Assembly: GCA_016794465.1 (NCBI GenBank)
Contig: JAEUKA010000067.1
Coordinates: forward strand, 38,141 to 102,140
Length of the DNA stretch: 64,000 bases
Direction of reading: 5' to 3'
Origin: Myxococcales bacterium
GTDB lineage: Bacteria > Myxococcota_A > Polyangia > Palsa-1104 > JAEUJZ01
Shown: piece by piece, positions 63,610 to 64,000 of the stretch
How the letters are laid out: every line of letters begins with the position of its first letter
Numbering within the stretch: position 1 is the first letter of the stretch
Notes under the pieces: generated by a model
Database searches by the model: none
The model's input: only the letters and a program-made list of their open reading frames with translations
What the model was told of the DNA's origin: nothing
Made by a program: the position numbers and the translations under genes

Positions 63610-64000
63610 ATGCCGCGCCTCTCTTCGCTACCTCGGTGGCTGGCTACCCTGGCCGTGACTGTCCTGCCGCTCCTGTCCGCGACCGTGCCAATTTCCCCAG
63701 TGCTGGCCGATGTCGCACCGCGACCGTTTCGACCGCAGCCTCGGCCAGTGATTACGTGGCAAGAGGTAAAGCCGATCGAGCCGGTGCTGCAGCTGGCGCG
63801 CTCGACGGGATCGCCGATGTCGTTGACCTCGTCGGATGGTGCTGGGCTCGAGCTGGTTGCCCTGGAAGCGAAGGCGGTGGTCGAGGACCCGCTGACGTTC
63901 ACCGAGCTACACCTGACCTTCCGCAATCCCGAGTCACGGGTCCGCGAAGGCCAGTTCGAGATCATGCTGCCGCCGGGGGCCGCGATCTCGCGCTTTGCGA
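63610..64000 (+). CDS. VIT (vault/inter-alpha-trypsin) domain protein, 5' part (runs off the window)
   Basis: Not in the ORF track (no stop in window). My translation from ATG 63610: MPRLSSLPRWLATLAVTVLPLLSATVPISPVLA (signal) ...LELVALEAKAVVEDPLTFTELHLTFRNPESRVREGQFEIMLPPGAAISRFA, the typical VIT N-terminal pattern. Confidence 0.75.
   Translation, partial: MPRLSSLPRWLATLAVTVLPLLSATVPISPVLADVAPRPFRPQPRPVITWQEVKPIEPVLQLARSTGSPMSLTSSDGAGLELVALEAKAVVEDPLTFTELHLTFRNPESRVREGQFEIMLPPGAAISRFA

Noticed and set aside
63495-63965. Upstream 157 codons of ORF 63006..63965(-)
   Set aside because: This part is Ser/Arg/Gly-rich and antisense to a clear VIT-domain gene starting at 63610(+). The lipoprotein signal peptide begins at the internal ATG 63494.

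Overview
High-GC bacterial chromosomal segment with strong Myxococcota hallmarks: five eukaryotic-like Ser/Thr kinases (two of them giant kinase-NTPase-repeat proteins), an FHA domain plus sigma-54 activator, a MYXO-CTERM-like sorting tail and many lipoproteins. I can support about 45 CDS. They include a partial dcw block on the minus strand (fused murE-murF, mraY, murD, ftsW, murG) and an nsrR / truncated-haemoglobin divergent pair. Others are NAD-type isocitrate dehydrogenase, PlsC, an M4 protease, a TolC-like/MlaC-like pair, DUF1015, acyl-CoA dehydrogenase, an L,D-transpeptidase, and a large membrane/HEAT/cNMP protein followed by a stand-alone cNMP paralogue. I recognised no rRNA, tRNA, CRISPR array, transposase or integrase. 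Three things deserve follow-up. (1) A ~1.9 kb low-GC islet (37.28-39.1 kb) carries a small antitoxin-like ORF plus a protein fusing an intact Fic (AMPylase) domain to an NLR/defence-type PNP_UDP nucleosidase domain. I do not know this pairing as a described system. (2) An FHA-type sigma-54 enhancer-binding protein gene appears split by an in-frame 4308-bp insertion flanked by a 14-bp direct repeat. The only cargo of the insertion is a 1317-aa kinase-AAA-TPR (STAND-like) gene. (3) There are several unexplained repeat families: two intergenic tandem arrays with a 42-bp period (plus two coding repeats with the same period), a two-copy ~78-bp hairpin element, a two-copy AT-rich palindromic motif that supplies stop codons, and a phased 10-bp array. 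All coordinates of non-ORF features were read by hand and may be off by 1-2 nt.
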